Positions 7,029 to 16,075 of a stretch of DNA of 32,000 nt are shown here, piece after piece; the first letter of the stretch is position 1; each line of letters opens with the position of its first letter. The notes beneath the pieces are model-generated. The model was not told the origin of the DNA. It did not search any database and saw nothing but the letters and a program-made list of their open reading frames with translations. The translations under genes and the position numbers were made by a program. This DNA comes from Flavobacteriaceae bacterium (GTDB lineage: Bacteria; Bacteroidota; Bacteroidia; Flavobacteriales; Flavobacteriaceae): NCBI GenBank assembly GCA_965224465.1, contig OZ245049.1:1500001-1532000 (forward strand), in the 5' to 3' direction.

Positions 7029-9086
7029 ATGTTACATTCTTCTCTTATAAACCCAAAAAGCATTGTAGTTATAGGTGCTTCTAACAATAAAAAAACACCT
7101 GGAGGAAGTGTTTTAAACAATTTATTATCCCATCATTTTAAAGGGGAAATCTATCCTGTAAACCCAAAAGAAACAGTGGTTCAAGGTCTAAAATGTTATC
7201 AGAACATAAAGGATATACCACAGGTAGATCTCGCCATAATTGCGATTGCAGCCAAATACACTTTAGAAACAGTTAACATATTATGCCGTAATAAAAACAC
7301 GAAAGGATTTATCATATTTTCGGCAGGATTTAGCGAAAAAGACACCGATGGGGCTGCATTAGAAAAACAATTATGTGAGGAAATAAAAAAAGCAAACGGA
7401 AGTTTACTTGGCCCCAATAACATTGGTTTAATGAATTCGAATTACGCGGGTGTTTTTACCCAACCCATCCCTAAACTAGATTCAAAAGGTGTTGATTTTA
7501 TTTCTGGTTCAGGTGCCACAGCCGTTTTTATTATTGAGGCTGCCATGAGTAGTGGGCTTACTTTTTCGAGTGTTTTTTCGGTTGGAAATAGTGCCCAAAT
7601 TGGAGTAGAAGAAGTTTTAGAACACCTAGACCAAACCTTTGACATACATACAAATTCAAAGACGATACTATTATATATAGAAAGCATCTCCAATCCACAA
7701 AAGTTACTAAAACACGCACAATCACTTATAGCAAAAGGGTGCAAAATTGCAGCTATTAAAGCAGGAAGTTCAGAAGAAGGAAGCAGAGCAGCCTCTTCAC
7801 ACACAGGCGCGTTGGCGAGTTCTGACTTGGCTGTAGATGCCTTATTTAGAAAAGCAGGCATTGTTAGGTGTCACGGAAGAAATGAATTGATACGTGTTGC
7901 TTCGATTTTTTCTTACCAAAAACTGACAGGAAAAAACATTGGTATTATAACACATGCTGGAGGTCCTGCGGTGATGTTAACCGATATACTCTCCAAAAAC
8001 GGACTACATGTTCCTGAAATAAAAAACAGCAAGCGCCTAGAATTATTAGACAAACTATATCCAGGATCTTCCGTCACAAATCCTATTGATTTTTTAGCTA
8101 CTGGAACTGCTCAGCAATTGAGCGATATCATAGAGTATTGCGAACATGAATTTGACGAAATTGACGCAATGGTAGTTATCTTTGGAAGCCCTGGTCTATT
8201 TGACGTCTACGATGTTTACGATGTGCTTAGCCATCAAATAAAAAACTGTACAAAACCTATCTTCCCAGTACTCCCATCTGTGGTAAATGTAAAAGAAGAA
8301 ATCAATTATTTTATAGAAAAAGGACATATAAATTTTCCTGACGAAGTAGATTTCGGAAACGCATTGGCAAAAGTATACCAACAAAACAATACTGCCATTC
8401 AAAATTATACGACAGAAAAAATAGCCCCACAAAAAATTAGAAAAATTATAGACCAAGCAGAAAACGGATATTTATCACCAAATCAAGTAAAAGAATTACT
8501 TACGGTAGCAGGTATCCCAATGGTGCAAGAAAAAGTATGTAATTCTAAAGAAACTCTTTTAGCTGCTGCTAAAGAAATGGGATTCCCATTGGTTATGAAA
8601 TCTGTTGGTCCAATTCATAAATCAGATATTGGAGGTGTTATCCTTAACATTAACACCAACCAAGAACTACAAAAACATTATACAACACTCTTAAAACATC
8701 CTGAGACAACCGCGGTATTAATTCAACAAATGAAACAGGGAATTGAGCTTTTTATAGGCGCAAAAAAAGAAGGTGATTTTGGGCATTTAGTATTTTGTGG
8801 CTTAGGAGGAATTTTTATAGAAGTTTTAAAAGATGTACAATGCGAACTCGCTCCATTTAATAAGGAAATAGCCAGTGCTATGATTCAAAATTTAAAGGCA
8901 TTCCCAATACTAAAAGGCATTAGAAATCAAGAAGGAATACCCTTAGATGAATATGCTTCCATTATAGAAAAAATAGCCTCCCTTGTAGCTATCGCACCAG
9001 AAATCCACGAATTAGACCTCAACCCACTATTAGGAGGAAAAACAGGTATTATAACCGTCGATGCAAGAATATGTATTAAAAAGTAA
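7029..9086 (+). CDS. ADP-forming acyl-CoA synthetase (acetate--CoA ligase family; fused CoA-binding and ATP-grasp domains)
   Basis: 685 aa. N-terminus LINPKSIVVIGASNN..TPGG.V..NL, a succinyl-CoA-synthetase-like CoA-binding region with SHTGALA (phospho-histidine loop), and a C-terminal ATP-grasp (GFPLVMKSVGPIHKSDIGGV). Confidence 0.85.
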   Translation: MLHSSLINPKSIVVIGASNNKKTPGGSVLNNLLSHHFKGEIYPVNPKETVVQGLKCYQNIKDIPQVDLAIIAIAAKYTLETVNILCRNKNTKGFIIFSAGFSEKDTDGAALEKQLCEEIKKANGSLLGPNNIGLMNSNYAGVFTQPIPKLDSKGVDFISGSGATAVFIIEAAMSSGLTFSSVFSVGNSAQIGVEEVLEHLDQTFDIHTNSKTILLYIESISNPQKLLKHAQSLIAKGCKIAAIKAGSSEEGSRAASSHTGALASSDLAVDALFRKAGIVRCHGRNELIRVASIFSYQKLTGKNIGIITHAGGPAVMLTDILSKNGLHVPEIKNSKRLELLDKLYPGSSVTNPIDFLATGTAQQLSDIIEYCEHEFDEIDAMVVIFGSPGLFDVYDVYDVLSHQIKNCTKPIFPVLPSVVNVKEEINYFIEKGHINFPDEVDFGNALAKVYQQNNTAIQNYTTEKIAPQKIRKIIDQAENGYLSPNQVKELLTVAGIPMVQEKVCNSKETLLAAAKEMGFPLVMKSVGPIHKSDIGGVILNINTNQELQKHYTTLLKHPETTAVLIQQMKQGIELFIGAKKEGDFGHLVFCGLGGIFIEVLKDVQCELAPFNKEIASAMIQNLKAFPILKGIRNQEGIPLDEYASIIEKIASLVAIAPEIHELDLNPLLGGKTGIITVDARICIKK

Positions 9087-9144
9087 CAATTCTCTGTTTT
9101 TTTCACTAAATTAGGAGAAAAGAACTAATCATCAATCTAAAGCT

Positions 9145-9504
9145 ATGAAATCAATCAATTTATGGATGTCGTTTTTTACGAACATCAAGAACAAAAAATA
9201 CACCTCTAAACTTATAGGGAAATGGAAAATGGAATCCACTGAAGATGACTTTTTTACAGAAAGAAGACCTTCTGAAACCTATGAATTTAAAGATGACGGA
9301 TGTTTTGTACATGTACATTACGAAAAGAGGGACATCAGAAGTTACACTAAAAATTATAGTAAGGGGAATTGGAAACATCTTCAACAATTAGATTTTAGCT
9401 GCACTGCTGAAAACAAAAAACAATTAGATTTGATTCTGAGAAAAGAAGGAACCTCATTTAACATCAAAGGAAATAACGAGATTGTATTTACTAAAGTCAT
9501 CTAG
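9145..9504 (+). CDS. hypothetical protein, possibly a lipocalin-like fold, with no signal peptide
   Basis: 119-aa ORF. The LIGKWKMES...GNWKH pattern resembles the GxW motifs of small lipocalin-like domain proteins. The N-terminus is not hydrophobic. Coding status is not certain. Confidence 0.45.
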   Translation: MKSINLWMSFFTNIKNKKYTSKLIGKWKMESTEDDFFTERRPSETYEFKDDGCFVHVHYEKRDIRSYTKNYSKGNWKHLQQLDFSCTAENKKQLDLILRKEGTSFNIKGNNEIVFTKVI

Positions 9505-9787
9505 AATCAAGAATTTAAAAAATTGATATAATTAGCATTCCGCCCTATCCCCTATCTCCTCTCCCCTTTTTACAAAAAAGACACGAAGGCAAAATACAAG
9601 GACACATAACTATCTGTTTTTTTTACTGTTTAAAAACAAAAATGGTAGTTCTGGGTTACTTCGGTTTTCTGCCTACAAAAAACAAACGTGTATTCTAATT
9701 GATTGAAAAAGCTCCTTATATCCATTCTTTTAACATTAGACACGTGTCTATTGAAGACATCGTCATAACACCCATTTAACCTAATAA

Positions 9788-9871
9788 TACCGAACTCATT
9801 TCCAAGTGACGGTTTAGAAATGGAATTATTTTTTGTTCTATTTTTCAACAACCATAGAGCATAAAACAAAC
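9788..9871. repeat. MITE-like repeat, copy B, left part (interrupted by IS66)
   Basis: taccgaactcatttccaagtgacggtttagaaatggaattattttttgttctatttttcaacaaccatagagcataaaacaaac aligns with copies A and C but lacks their internal segment of roughly 40 bp. Confidence 0.55.
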
Positions 9872-9950
9872 GTAAGCGTACGGAGAACTACATCTTGTAA
9901 GAAGTTAAAAATAATCTAATTTTTGCATCTAAACAAAAACGAAAATATAA

Positions 9951-10304
9951 ATGTTAGGATTAGGTACAGAACACACGTATTATTATCACTTATCTGCAGT
10001 TGATATGCGAAAAGGATTTAATGGATTAAGTGGATTAGTTAGTGAGCACATGGAACAAGAGCGAGATAGAAATAGTGTTTATGCATTTATCAATAAGCAA
10101 AAAAATAAACTAAAACTTCTTCATTGGCGACCTGGAGGATTTGTACTGTATTATAAACGATTGGAACGAGGTATTTTTGAGCTTCCAAAATACGACATTG
10201 AAGATGGATTAGTAGTTTTGAGTTATACCCAAATGGTTATGGTTTTAGACGGAATTAGTATTATAAATACTCAGAAAAACGAACGTTATTTAGAGGCTAA
10301 ATAA
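9951..10304 (+). CDS. tnpB: IS66-family accessory protein TnpB (IS66 Orf2)
   Basis: 117 aa. VDMRKGFNGLSGLV...KLL.W...GF.L.YKRLERG.F..P is the hallmark of IS66 Orf2. Confidence 0.88.
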   Translation: MLGLGTEHTYYYHLSAVDMRKGFNGLSGLVSEHMEQERDRNSVYAFINKQKNKLKLLHWRPGGFVLYYKRLERGIFELPKYDIEDGLVVLSYTQMVMVLDGISIINTQKNERYLEAK

Positions 10305-10347
10305 TTCAATAAAACTGTAGGTTTTACCTGCTATTTAGTCTTGTTTT

Positions 10348-11241
10348 TTGTATATTTATAGTGTGGAAAACAATACAATAGACATACAAAAAGAGCTGGT
10401 AATTTTAAAGATTGAACTTGAAAAAACAGCTCAAGAACTAGCTGAAATTAAGCAGCAATACGAGCAGCTTAAAAGAATGGTTTTCGGGTCTAAAAGCGAA
10501 CGTTTTATCCCTGTTGACACAAATCAATTGTCGCTTTTCGGAAAAATAATAGCTGAGAAAGAAGAGGCATACAAAAAACATATTGTAATCTACGAAAGAA
10601 AACAAAAGAAGAAAGGAAAGAAAAAACCTGTTCGCTCTTCTATACCTGCGCATTTTCCGCGAGTAGAAGAGATTATAGAGCCTAAGCACATAGAAGAAGG
10701 AGCTGTAAAAATAGGAGAAGAAGTTACAGAACTTTTAGAAATAACGCCTCTTTCCGTTTTTGTAAGACGAATTGTAAGACCTAAATATGCACTTCCGGAA
10801 GAAAAAGGCGTTGTTATAGCAGAATTACCAAGCTTACCGATACCTAAAGGAAATGCATCAGCAAGTTTATTGGCCTTTATACTTATTTCAAAATTTGTAG
10901 ACCATTTACCACTTTACAGATTAATTCAAATTTTTAAACGACAAGATTTAAAAGTAAGTAAATCAACAATTGGAGGATGGGTATCTAAAAGTTCGGAGCT
11001 TATCGCTCCTTTATACGATACATTTAAGGCTCAGTTTTTAGAAAATGCCAATTATATTCAAGCAGACGAATCTCCTATAAAGGTTTTAGATAAAGACAAG
11101 AAAAAATCAACACACAGAGGGTATATGTGGGTGTATCGAAATCCTGTTAAAAATTTAGTTCTTTTTGAATACAATAAAGGGAGAGGAAAAGTTGTTCCAG
11201 AAGAGTTTTTTAAAGATTTCAATGGGACACTACAGTCCGAT
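10348..11241 (+). pseudogene. tnpC: IS66-family transposase TnpC, N-terminal fragment (gene split by the ISAs1 insertion)
   Basis: Coiled-coil N-terminus, then MVFGSKSERF and ...YIQADESPIKVL...GYMWVY. The frame runs to GTLQSD at 11241 and then enters the ISAs1 end. The start codon is uncertain (TTG 10348 or GTG 10363). Confidence 0.85.
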
Positions 11242-12468
11242 CAGGGCAAACTCACACTTTAATGCTTAATACTTTTAACAGATATGCTTGATTCCAGCCT
11301 GCTTTAAGTCTTTTTCCAGCAATACCTTGTTTCTCCGTTTTTTCGTTTCTCAATAGATTCAGGGCAATTTTCAATAGTATTGAATAGTTTTGAGCTGCAT
11401 TTTTATTTCTTTTTCTAGAGGCATCCTCTGAGAATGCAACATCCAATGTCCAATGTAATTTATTCTCTACACCCCAATGAGAACGAATATGACTTTGATG
11501 ATTTACAGCGGTATCTTTTAAGCTAGAAATGTAATATCTAGTTGCCTTTTCTGTTTGTTTATCACTGTTTTTGAACTCCCTTATACTTTCTATTTTTATA
11601 ACTTGAGTCAACTTATTCCATTTATTATCTGCGTTCTTAATAAATTGAAAATCAGAAATTACGCTACATTTTCTAGTTTCAATTCTTCCATGACCAAGGT
11701 CAAAGTCTGTATCTATTTCTATGTTTTTTGAGAATTTGAATTCGTCCTTTATTTCCTCTAGTAGTTGTTTTTGATTTCCCTTTACGGCAAGTATGTAATT
11801 GGCATCATTTTTTATAATCTTATCCGCAATATCAGTTTGAGTTCCCATTGCGTCTATTGTAATTATATTGCCTTCTATACACAAAGTATCAAGTAATTCC
11901 GGGATCGCAGTTATCTCATTAGATTTTTCATTGACTCTAATTTGACCCAAAACTAAATTGTTTTGATCAGCCCATGCGCTCACCATATGTACAGGTGATT
12001 TTTTTCCATTTGATTTTGCTCCTCTAAGCGCTTTTCCATCAATAGCTATTACCTGCCCTTTTGATATAGTTGAAATAGAATTGACCCATTCTATGAAACA
12101 TGTTTCAAGCTGAGAACTGTCTATCGACGAGAATACCCTGTTAATAGTGTCTTCTGATGGTATTCCATTTGGTAATTGTAGAAATTTCCTTAAAAAACCT
12201 TCTTTTGAACAAGCAAACTCAACCATTTGTTTCCATGTTTCTGCTCCACAAATGACTGAAATTATCCCAATAAGGAGGATGTCAACCAAGTTGTGTAACT
12301 TGTTTATATCGCTTCTAGGGTCTTCTATATTGCCAAAAATACTCATTATTTTACTGTCTGAATTCATATCGTTACCTATCTAATTATCAACATAATATAC
12401 TGATAATTAACGAGGTAAGCAACTTAAATTCAATGAAATTAACTTAAAAATAGTATGAGTTTGCCCTG
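11242..12468 (-). mobile_element. ISAs1-family insertion sequence (1227 bp), apparently intact
   Basis: 17-bp inverted repeats cagggcaaactcacact (11242-11258) and agtatgagtttgccctg (12452-12468), with 1 mismatch. Flanked by a 10-bp direct repeat acagtccgat (11232-11241 and 12469-12478). Contains a single transposase ORF. Confidence 0.88.
11252..12367 (-). CDS. ISAs1-family transposase (H-repeat-associated protein type, DDE)
   Basis: 371 aa. FGNIEDPRSDINKLHNLVDILLIGIISVICGAETWKQMVEF...AIDGKALRG...ITIDAMGTQTDIA..I......YILAVKGNQ..L...HWGVEN.LHW.LDV.F.ED is the ISAs1 signature. The stop codon lies inside the inverted repeat. Confidence 0.9.
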   Translation of the reverse strand: MNSDSKIMSIFGNIEDPRSDINKLHNLVDILLIGIISVICGAETWKQMVEFACSKEGFLRKFLQLPNGIPSEDTINRVFSSIDSSQLETCFIEWVNSISTISKGQVIAIDGKALRGAKSNGKKSPVHMVSAWADQNNLVLGQIRVNEKSNEITAIPELLDTLCIEGNIITIDAMGTQTDIADKIIKNDANYILAVKGNQKQLLEEIKDEFKFSKNIEIDTDFDLGHGRIETRKCSVISDFQFIKNADNKWNKLTQVIKIESIREFKNSDKQTEKATRYYISSLKDTAVNHQSHIRSHWGVENKLHWTLDVAFSEDASRKRNKNAAQNYSILLKIALNLLRNEKTEKQGIAGKRLKAGWNQAYLLKVLSIKV

Positions 12469-12478
12469 ACAGTCCGAT

Positions 12479-13087
12479 GGGTATGCTGCATACCAAAACT
12501 TAACAACAAAAGGAGAAATTACTCTTTTAGGTTGCATGGCTCATGCTAGGCGGTATTTTGAGAAGGCGCTGGATAATGATCCTAAAAGAGCGGATGTTGT
12601 TTTGTTGGAAATTCAAAAGCTATACAAGATAGAACGTAAAATAAAAGAACAAGAATTAACTATTGAGCAAACTAAAGCATATAGAGAAAAACATGCATCA
12701 CCTGTTTTAGACGGAATAGAAATTTATCTTACAAAAGAGCGAAAAAACGTACTGCCTAAAAGTGCCATAGGAAAAGCAATTGCTTATACTCTTAAAATAT
12801 GGCAAAACCTAAAACTATACATCGATGATGGCAGGTTTGAAATAGACAACAATAATATAGAAAATGCCATAAGACCTTTAGCTATTGGCAGAAAAAATTA
12901 TCTCTTTGCTGGCAGTCATGAGTCCGCACAAAACATAGCTCTATTTTATAGCTTTTTTGCTACTTGCAAAAAGAATAACGTAAACCCACATACGTGGCTA
13001 TGTGATGTCCTTAATAGATTACCAGAACATAAGGCTAATAAACTTTCGGAGTTACTGCCTCAAAATTGGAAGCCTGTTGATAAATAA
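12479..13087 (+). pseudogene. tnpC: IS66-family transposase TnpC, C-terminal fragment
   Basis: Removing 11242-12478 joins ...GTLQSD to GYAAYQNLTTKGEITLLGCMAHARRYF... in frame (298 + 19 + 183 = 500 codons). DGY..Y...CxAHxRRxF and IDNN..EN.IRP...GRKNYLF are IS66 transposase motifs. Confidence 0.85.
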
Positions 13088-13115
13088 TCAAGGGTGTACT
13101 TTACCGTACGCTTAC

Positions 13116-13157
13116 AAACAAACTATTTAAATCCACCATTTCCGATAGTAAATGATA
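13116..13157. repeat. MITE-like repeat, copy B, right part (the first 8 bp are the IS66 target duplication)
   Basis: aaacaaactatttaaatccaccatttccgatagtaaatgata continues the alignment with copies A and C (aaactatttatatc.gtcattttgg...) but is more diverged. Confidence 0.45.
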
Positions 13158-13313
13158 TTATATCGCGTTATATGATTTTTTTTTACAACTTATTTATAAA
13201 AAATAACACCTACTAGTATACACCACTAAAAAAATACATTGGTATATTTCATATATTGCATAAGATTTTAAGTTTTACAACGTTTAACAACTAAGATTAA
13301 ACAACAACCCCTT

Positions 13314-13736
13314 ATGAAAAAAACAATTGGATACAGCTTTTTATTATGTCTGTTCTTTTTATCATCTTGTACAAAAGACAGTGACATTTCAGATGGCACA
13401 GCTATTGTAGGTACCTGGACACTATCTAGCTATTTTATAGATGGAAAAGAAAAAGCGTTAAATGACTGCGATAAAACGACCAGCATACGCTACGAAGAAA
13501 ATTACAATTACACTAAAAAAGATTTTCAGTTAATCAATGAGAACTGCGAAGACAAAAGCACGGAAAATGGTGTTTGGAAATTCCTAGGTAAAAATGTTTT
13601 CACAACAACACCAAAAGATGGTGAGATCTATAAATTTACTGTTGGTTTTAGCGGGAACACATATACAACTGAAGATTTAATCGTAACTGACGGAGTCAAA
13701 AAACTACATAGACTTACCTATACGAAAACCAAATAA
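13314..13736 (+). CDS. lipoprotein with a lipocalin-like domain
   Basis: 140 aa. Signal peptide ending in the lipobox FFLSSC. The mature part starts IVGTWTL and has a later GVWKF, typical of small lipocalin-like lipoproteins. Confidence 0.7.
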   Translation: MKKTIGYSFLLCLFFLSSCTKDSDISDGTAIVGTWTLSSYFIDGKEKALNDCDKTTSIRYEENYNYTKKDFQLINENCEDKSTENGVWKFLGKNVFTTTPKDGEIYKFTVGFSGNTYTTEDLIVTDGVKKLHRLTYTKTK

Positions 13737-13786
13737 TACCATTTTTTTTTGGTGACAACTTAAAGTATGTTCTAAAAAAAGCAAAA

Positions 13787-13822
13787 AAGATTTTCTTCAA
13801 AATTGAAGAAAATCTTTTTATT
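13787..13822. terminator. bidirectional rho-independent terminator (lipoprotein gene / recR)
   Basis: 13-bp stem aagattttcttca / tgaagaaaatctt with a 4-nt loop, an A-run upstream and tttatt downstream. It sits between convergent genes. Confidence 0.6.
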
Positions 13823-14432
13823 ATAATGAGTTTTCAAAAGGGATTCGATTTACGATACTCCTTCCTAGAGTAATTTCATCTGCATATTCCAACTCATCTC
13901 CAACAGAAATACCTCTAGCAATAGTCGACGTTTTAACTCGGCAAGACTCCAGCTGTTTAAAGATATAAAAATTAGTAGTATCTCCTTCCATTGTGGAACT
14001 CAGCGCAAAAATAATTTCTTCAATAGGTTCGTTTTTTACTTTTTGCACCAAACTATCTATCATTAAATTTTGAGGCCCAATACCTTCCAAAGGAGAAATT
14101 TTACCTCCCAAAACATGATACAGCCCTCTAAATTGTCCCGTATTCTCTATTGCCATAACATCTCTAACATCTTCTACAACACAAATAATAGTTGCATCTC
14201 TACGGGGATCAGCACATATTTCACAAAGTTCAACATCAGAAATATTGTGACACTTTTTACACAATATAATTTCATCTACTAAACTATTCAAGGCTTTGGT
14301 CAAATGCCCCGTATGTTCTTTGGGTTGTTTTAATAGATGTAAGACCAATCGCAAAGCTGTTCGTTTCCCAATACCGGGTAACTGTGACACTTCACGAACT
14401 GCATTTTCTAATAACTTAGAAGAAAAAACCAT
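13821..14432 (-). CDS. recR: recombination protein RecR
   Basis: 203 aa. [12 protein letters not shown] (HhH), CxxC...CxxC zinc finger ([16 protein letters not shown]), and a Toprim region ([13 protein letters not shown]). Confidence 0.92.
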   Translation of the reverse strand: MVFSSKLLENAVREVSQLPGIGKRTALRLVLHLLKQPKEHTGHLTKALNSLVDEIILCKKCHNISDVELCEICADPRRDATIICVVEDVRDVMAIENTGQFRGLYHVLGGKISPLEGIGPQNLMIDSLVQKVKNEPIEEIIFALSSTMEGDTTNFYIFKQLESCRVKTSTIARGISVGDELEYADEITLGRSIVNRIPFENSL

Positions 14433-14564
14433 ACGTAATTCTTTTTTTAGGAGACAAAACTACCATAATTATTAGAAACTTTTACAATAGAAATGAGCAT
14501 CCTTTCAATAAAAGTCACTCATTACTTAAAAAAAATACGTTTATTTGCGTCAAAATATTTACAA

Positions 14565-16055
14565 ATGAAACCCCTATACATTTTACTGCTCATAGGTTGT
14601 TACTTTTTAGTCCTTATTGGTATTTCTTACTTAACAAGAACAAATGATTCTAACAAAACTTTTTTTACAGGTGATAAAAAATCACCTTGGTATATTGTTG
14701 CTTTTGGGATGATTGGAGCTTCCCTTTCTGGTGTTACCTTTATATCCGTTCCTGGATGGGTACAGAGCAGTCAGTTTAGCTATATGCAAATTGTTCTTGG
14801 ATATTTTTTCGGGTATCTTGTTATCGCATACCTCCTAATTCCTATCTATTACCGATTAAACATCACTTCTATTTACGAATATTTAGAAGGCAGATTTGGA
14901 AAAATAAGCCATAAGACTGGTGCGCTTTTCTTTTTTGTTTCCCGTATTCTAGGAGCTGCATTTCGCTTGTTTTTAGTGGCATCTGTCTTACATCATTTTA
15001 TATTTAAAGCATGGGGCGTTCCATTTGAACTTACAGTAACCCTATCTGTATTTTTCGTTTGGCTTTATACAAAAAGTGCAGGAATTAAAACCATTGTGTG
15101 GACAGATACATTGCAATCTTTTTTCATGATTTCCGCAGTTATTATTACTTTACTGATTTTACTACACGAATTGCAATGGAGTTTTTCTGATTTATTTACC
15201 TCTATAGAATTTAAAAAGTACAGTCAAATTATTTTTACGGATAGTATAAATGACAAAAGACACCTGATCAAATCATTTTTTGGAGGGATGTTTATCGCCA
15301 TTGCTATGACGGGCTTAGATCAAGATATGATGCAAAAGAATTTAACCTGTAAAAACGCAAAGGAATCACAATGGAATGTAATTTCACTCGGGTTTATCTT
15401 AATTTTCATCAATGCTATTTTTTTAATATTAGGAGCTGTATTATTTATTTATGCAGAAAAAACAGGCATCCAAATCCCAATAGTAAATGGCGTCTTAAAA
15501 ACAGATTTATTATACCCCGAAATTGCACTCAACAGTGAGCTTAATATTCTATTGTCTATTGTTTTTATTCTCGGGCTTATTGCAGCCGCTTTCTCTAGTG
15601 CCGACAGTGCTTTGACATCTTTAACCACCTCTTTTTGTATTGATATAATTGACATTAAAAACGCAAAGGAATCAAAACAAAAATCCATTAGAAAAAAGGT
15701 ACACATAGGCGTTTCTATCTTACTCGTATTAATCATCATCATATTTAATCAATATTTAAAATCAAACGTAATTAGCAGCCTCTTACAAATAGCTTCTTAC
15801 ACCTACGGTCCCCTTTTGGGATTATTTGCTTTCGGTATTTTTACAAAACACAAAATTTGGGACAAAGGCGTATTGCTCGTTTCCATACTCTCTGTTGCAT
15901 TGACCTATATTATAAACTACTATAGCAGTACTTGGTTTAACGGATACATTTTTGGTTATGAATTACTCATTCTAAACGGACTTATTAGTTTTACGGGGCT
16001 ATTTCTCTTAAAAAAACGAACGAAAAAACCATTAACATCCGTCCCTAACCAATAA
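14565..16055 (+). CDS. sodium:solute symporter family (SSF) transporter
   Basis: Multi-TM protein containing [32 protein letters not shown]. The ORF opens at 14493, but Met25 (14565, MKPLYILLL...) begins the first TM. The 72 nt upstream look like promoter sequence, so the later start is preferred. Confidence 0.78.
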   Translation: MKPLYILLLIGCYFLVLIGISYLTRTNDSNKTFFTGDKKSPWYIVAFGMIGASLSGVTFISVPGWVQSSQFSYMQIVLGYFFGYLVIAYLLIPIYYRLNITSIYEYLEGRFGKISHKTGALFFFVSRILGAAFRLFLVASVLHHFIFKAWGVPFELTVTLSVFFVWLYTKSAGIKTIVWTDTLQSFFMISAVIITLLILLHELQWSFSDLFTSIEFKKYSQIIFTDSINDKRHLIKSFFGGMFIAIAMTGLDQDMMQKNLTCKNAKESQWNVISLGFILIFINAIFLILGAVLFIYAEKTGIQIPIVNGVLKTDLLYPEIALNSELNILLSIVFILGLIAAAFSSADSALTSLTTSFCIDIIDIKNAKESKQKSIRKKVHIGVSILLVLIIIIFNQYLKSNVISSLLQIASYTYGPLLGLFAFGIFTKHKIWDKGVLLVSILSVALTYIINYYSSTWFNGYIFGYELLILNGLISFTGLFLLKKRTKKPLTSVPNQ

Positions 16056-16063
16056 AAGATACG

Positions 16064-16071
16064 TATTTTTG
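16064..16071 (+). promoter_or_regulatory. candidate -7 box (TAttTTTG) only 4 nt before the pdxH ATG
   Basis: Perfect TAnnTTTG match. Its position implies a leaderless or near-leaderless pdxH mRNA if it is functional. Confidence 0.25.
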
Positions 16072-16075
16072 AATT

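Larger units (their letters stand above)
9872..13115 (+). mobile_element. IS66-family insertion sequence (tnpB plus tnpC, no tnpA ORF), itself disrupted by an ISAs1-family element
   Basis: Terminal inverted repeats gtaagcgtacgg (9872-9883) and ccgtacgcttac (13104-13115), with the GTAA end typical of IS66. Flanked by an 8-bp direct repeat aaacaaac (9864-9871 and 13116-13123). Encodes IS66 Orf2 and the IS66 transposase. Confidence 0.88.

Noticed and set aside
7199-8456. Minus-strand ORFs 7199-7423, 7442-7861 and 8196-8456
   Set aside because: They are antisense to the 685-aa acyl-CoA synthetase gene and show no motifs or signals of their own.
9539-9566. Pyrimidine-rich, locally GC-rich tract tccgccctatcccctatctcctctcccc (G-rich on the minus strand), considered as a G-quadruplex or signal
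   Set aside because: The minus strand has only three runs of three or more G, and one loop is 10 nt, so it does not fit a canonical G4. No partner repeat or adjacent gene explains it. It is probably a relic sequence in the variable patch.
9738-9749. Perfect 12-bp palindrome agacacgtgtct, and likewise gaaaacgttttc at 4465-4476, considered as operator sites
   Set aside because: Each occurs only once in the window and is not positioned next to a recognisable promoter. A single 12-bp palindrome in AT-rich spacer DNA is not sufficient evidence for a binding site.
9630-9869. 79-aa minus-strand ORF next to the IS66 end
   Set aside because: Its 5' part is made of the MITE-like repeat (copy B) read in antisense. 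The same sequence in copies A and C is not open, so this is a chance ORF.
14493-14564. 24-codon N-terminal extension of the symporter ORF
   Set aside because: The extension ([24 protein letters not shown]) is not part of the SSF fold and contains promoter-like sequence (tttatttg). Met25 immediately precedes TM1, so the later start was used, though the longer form cannot be excluded.
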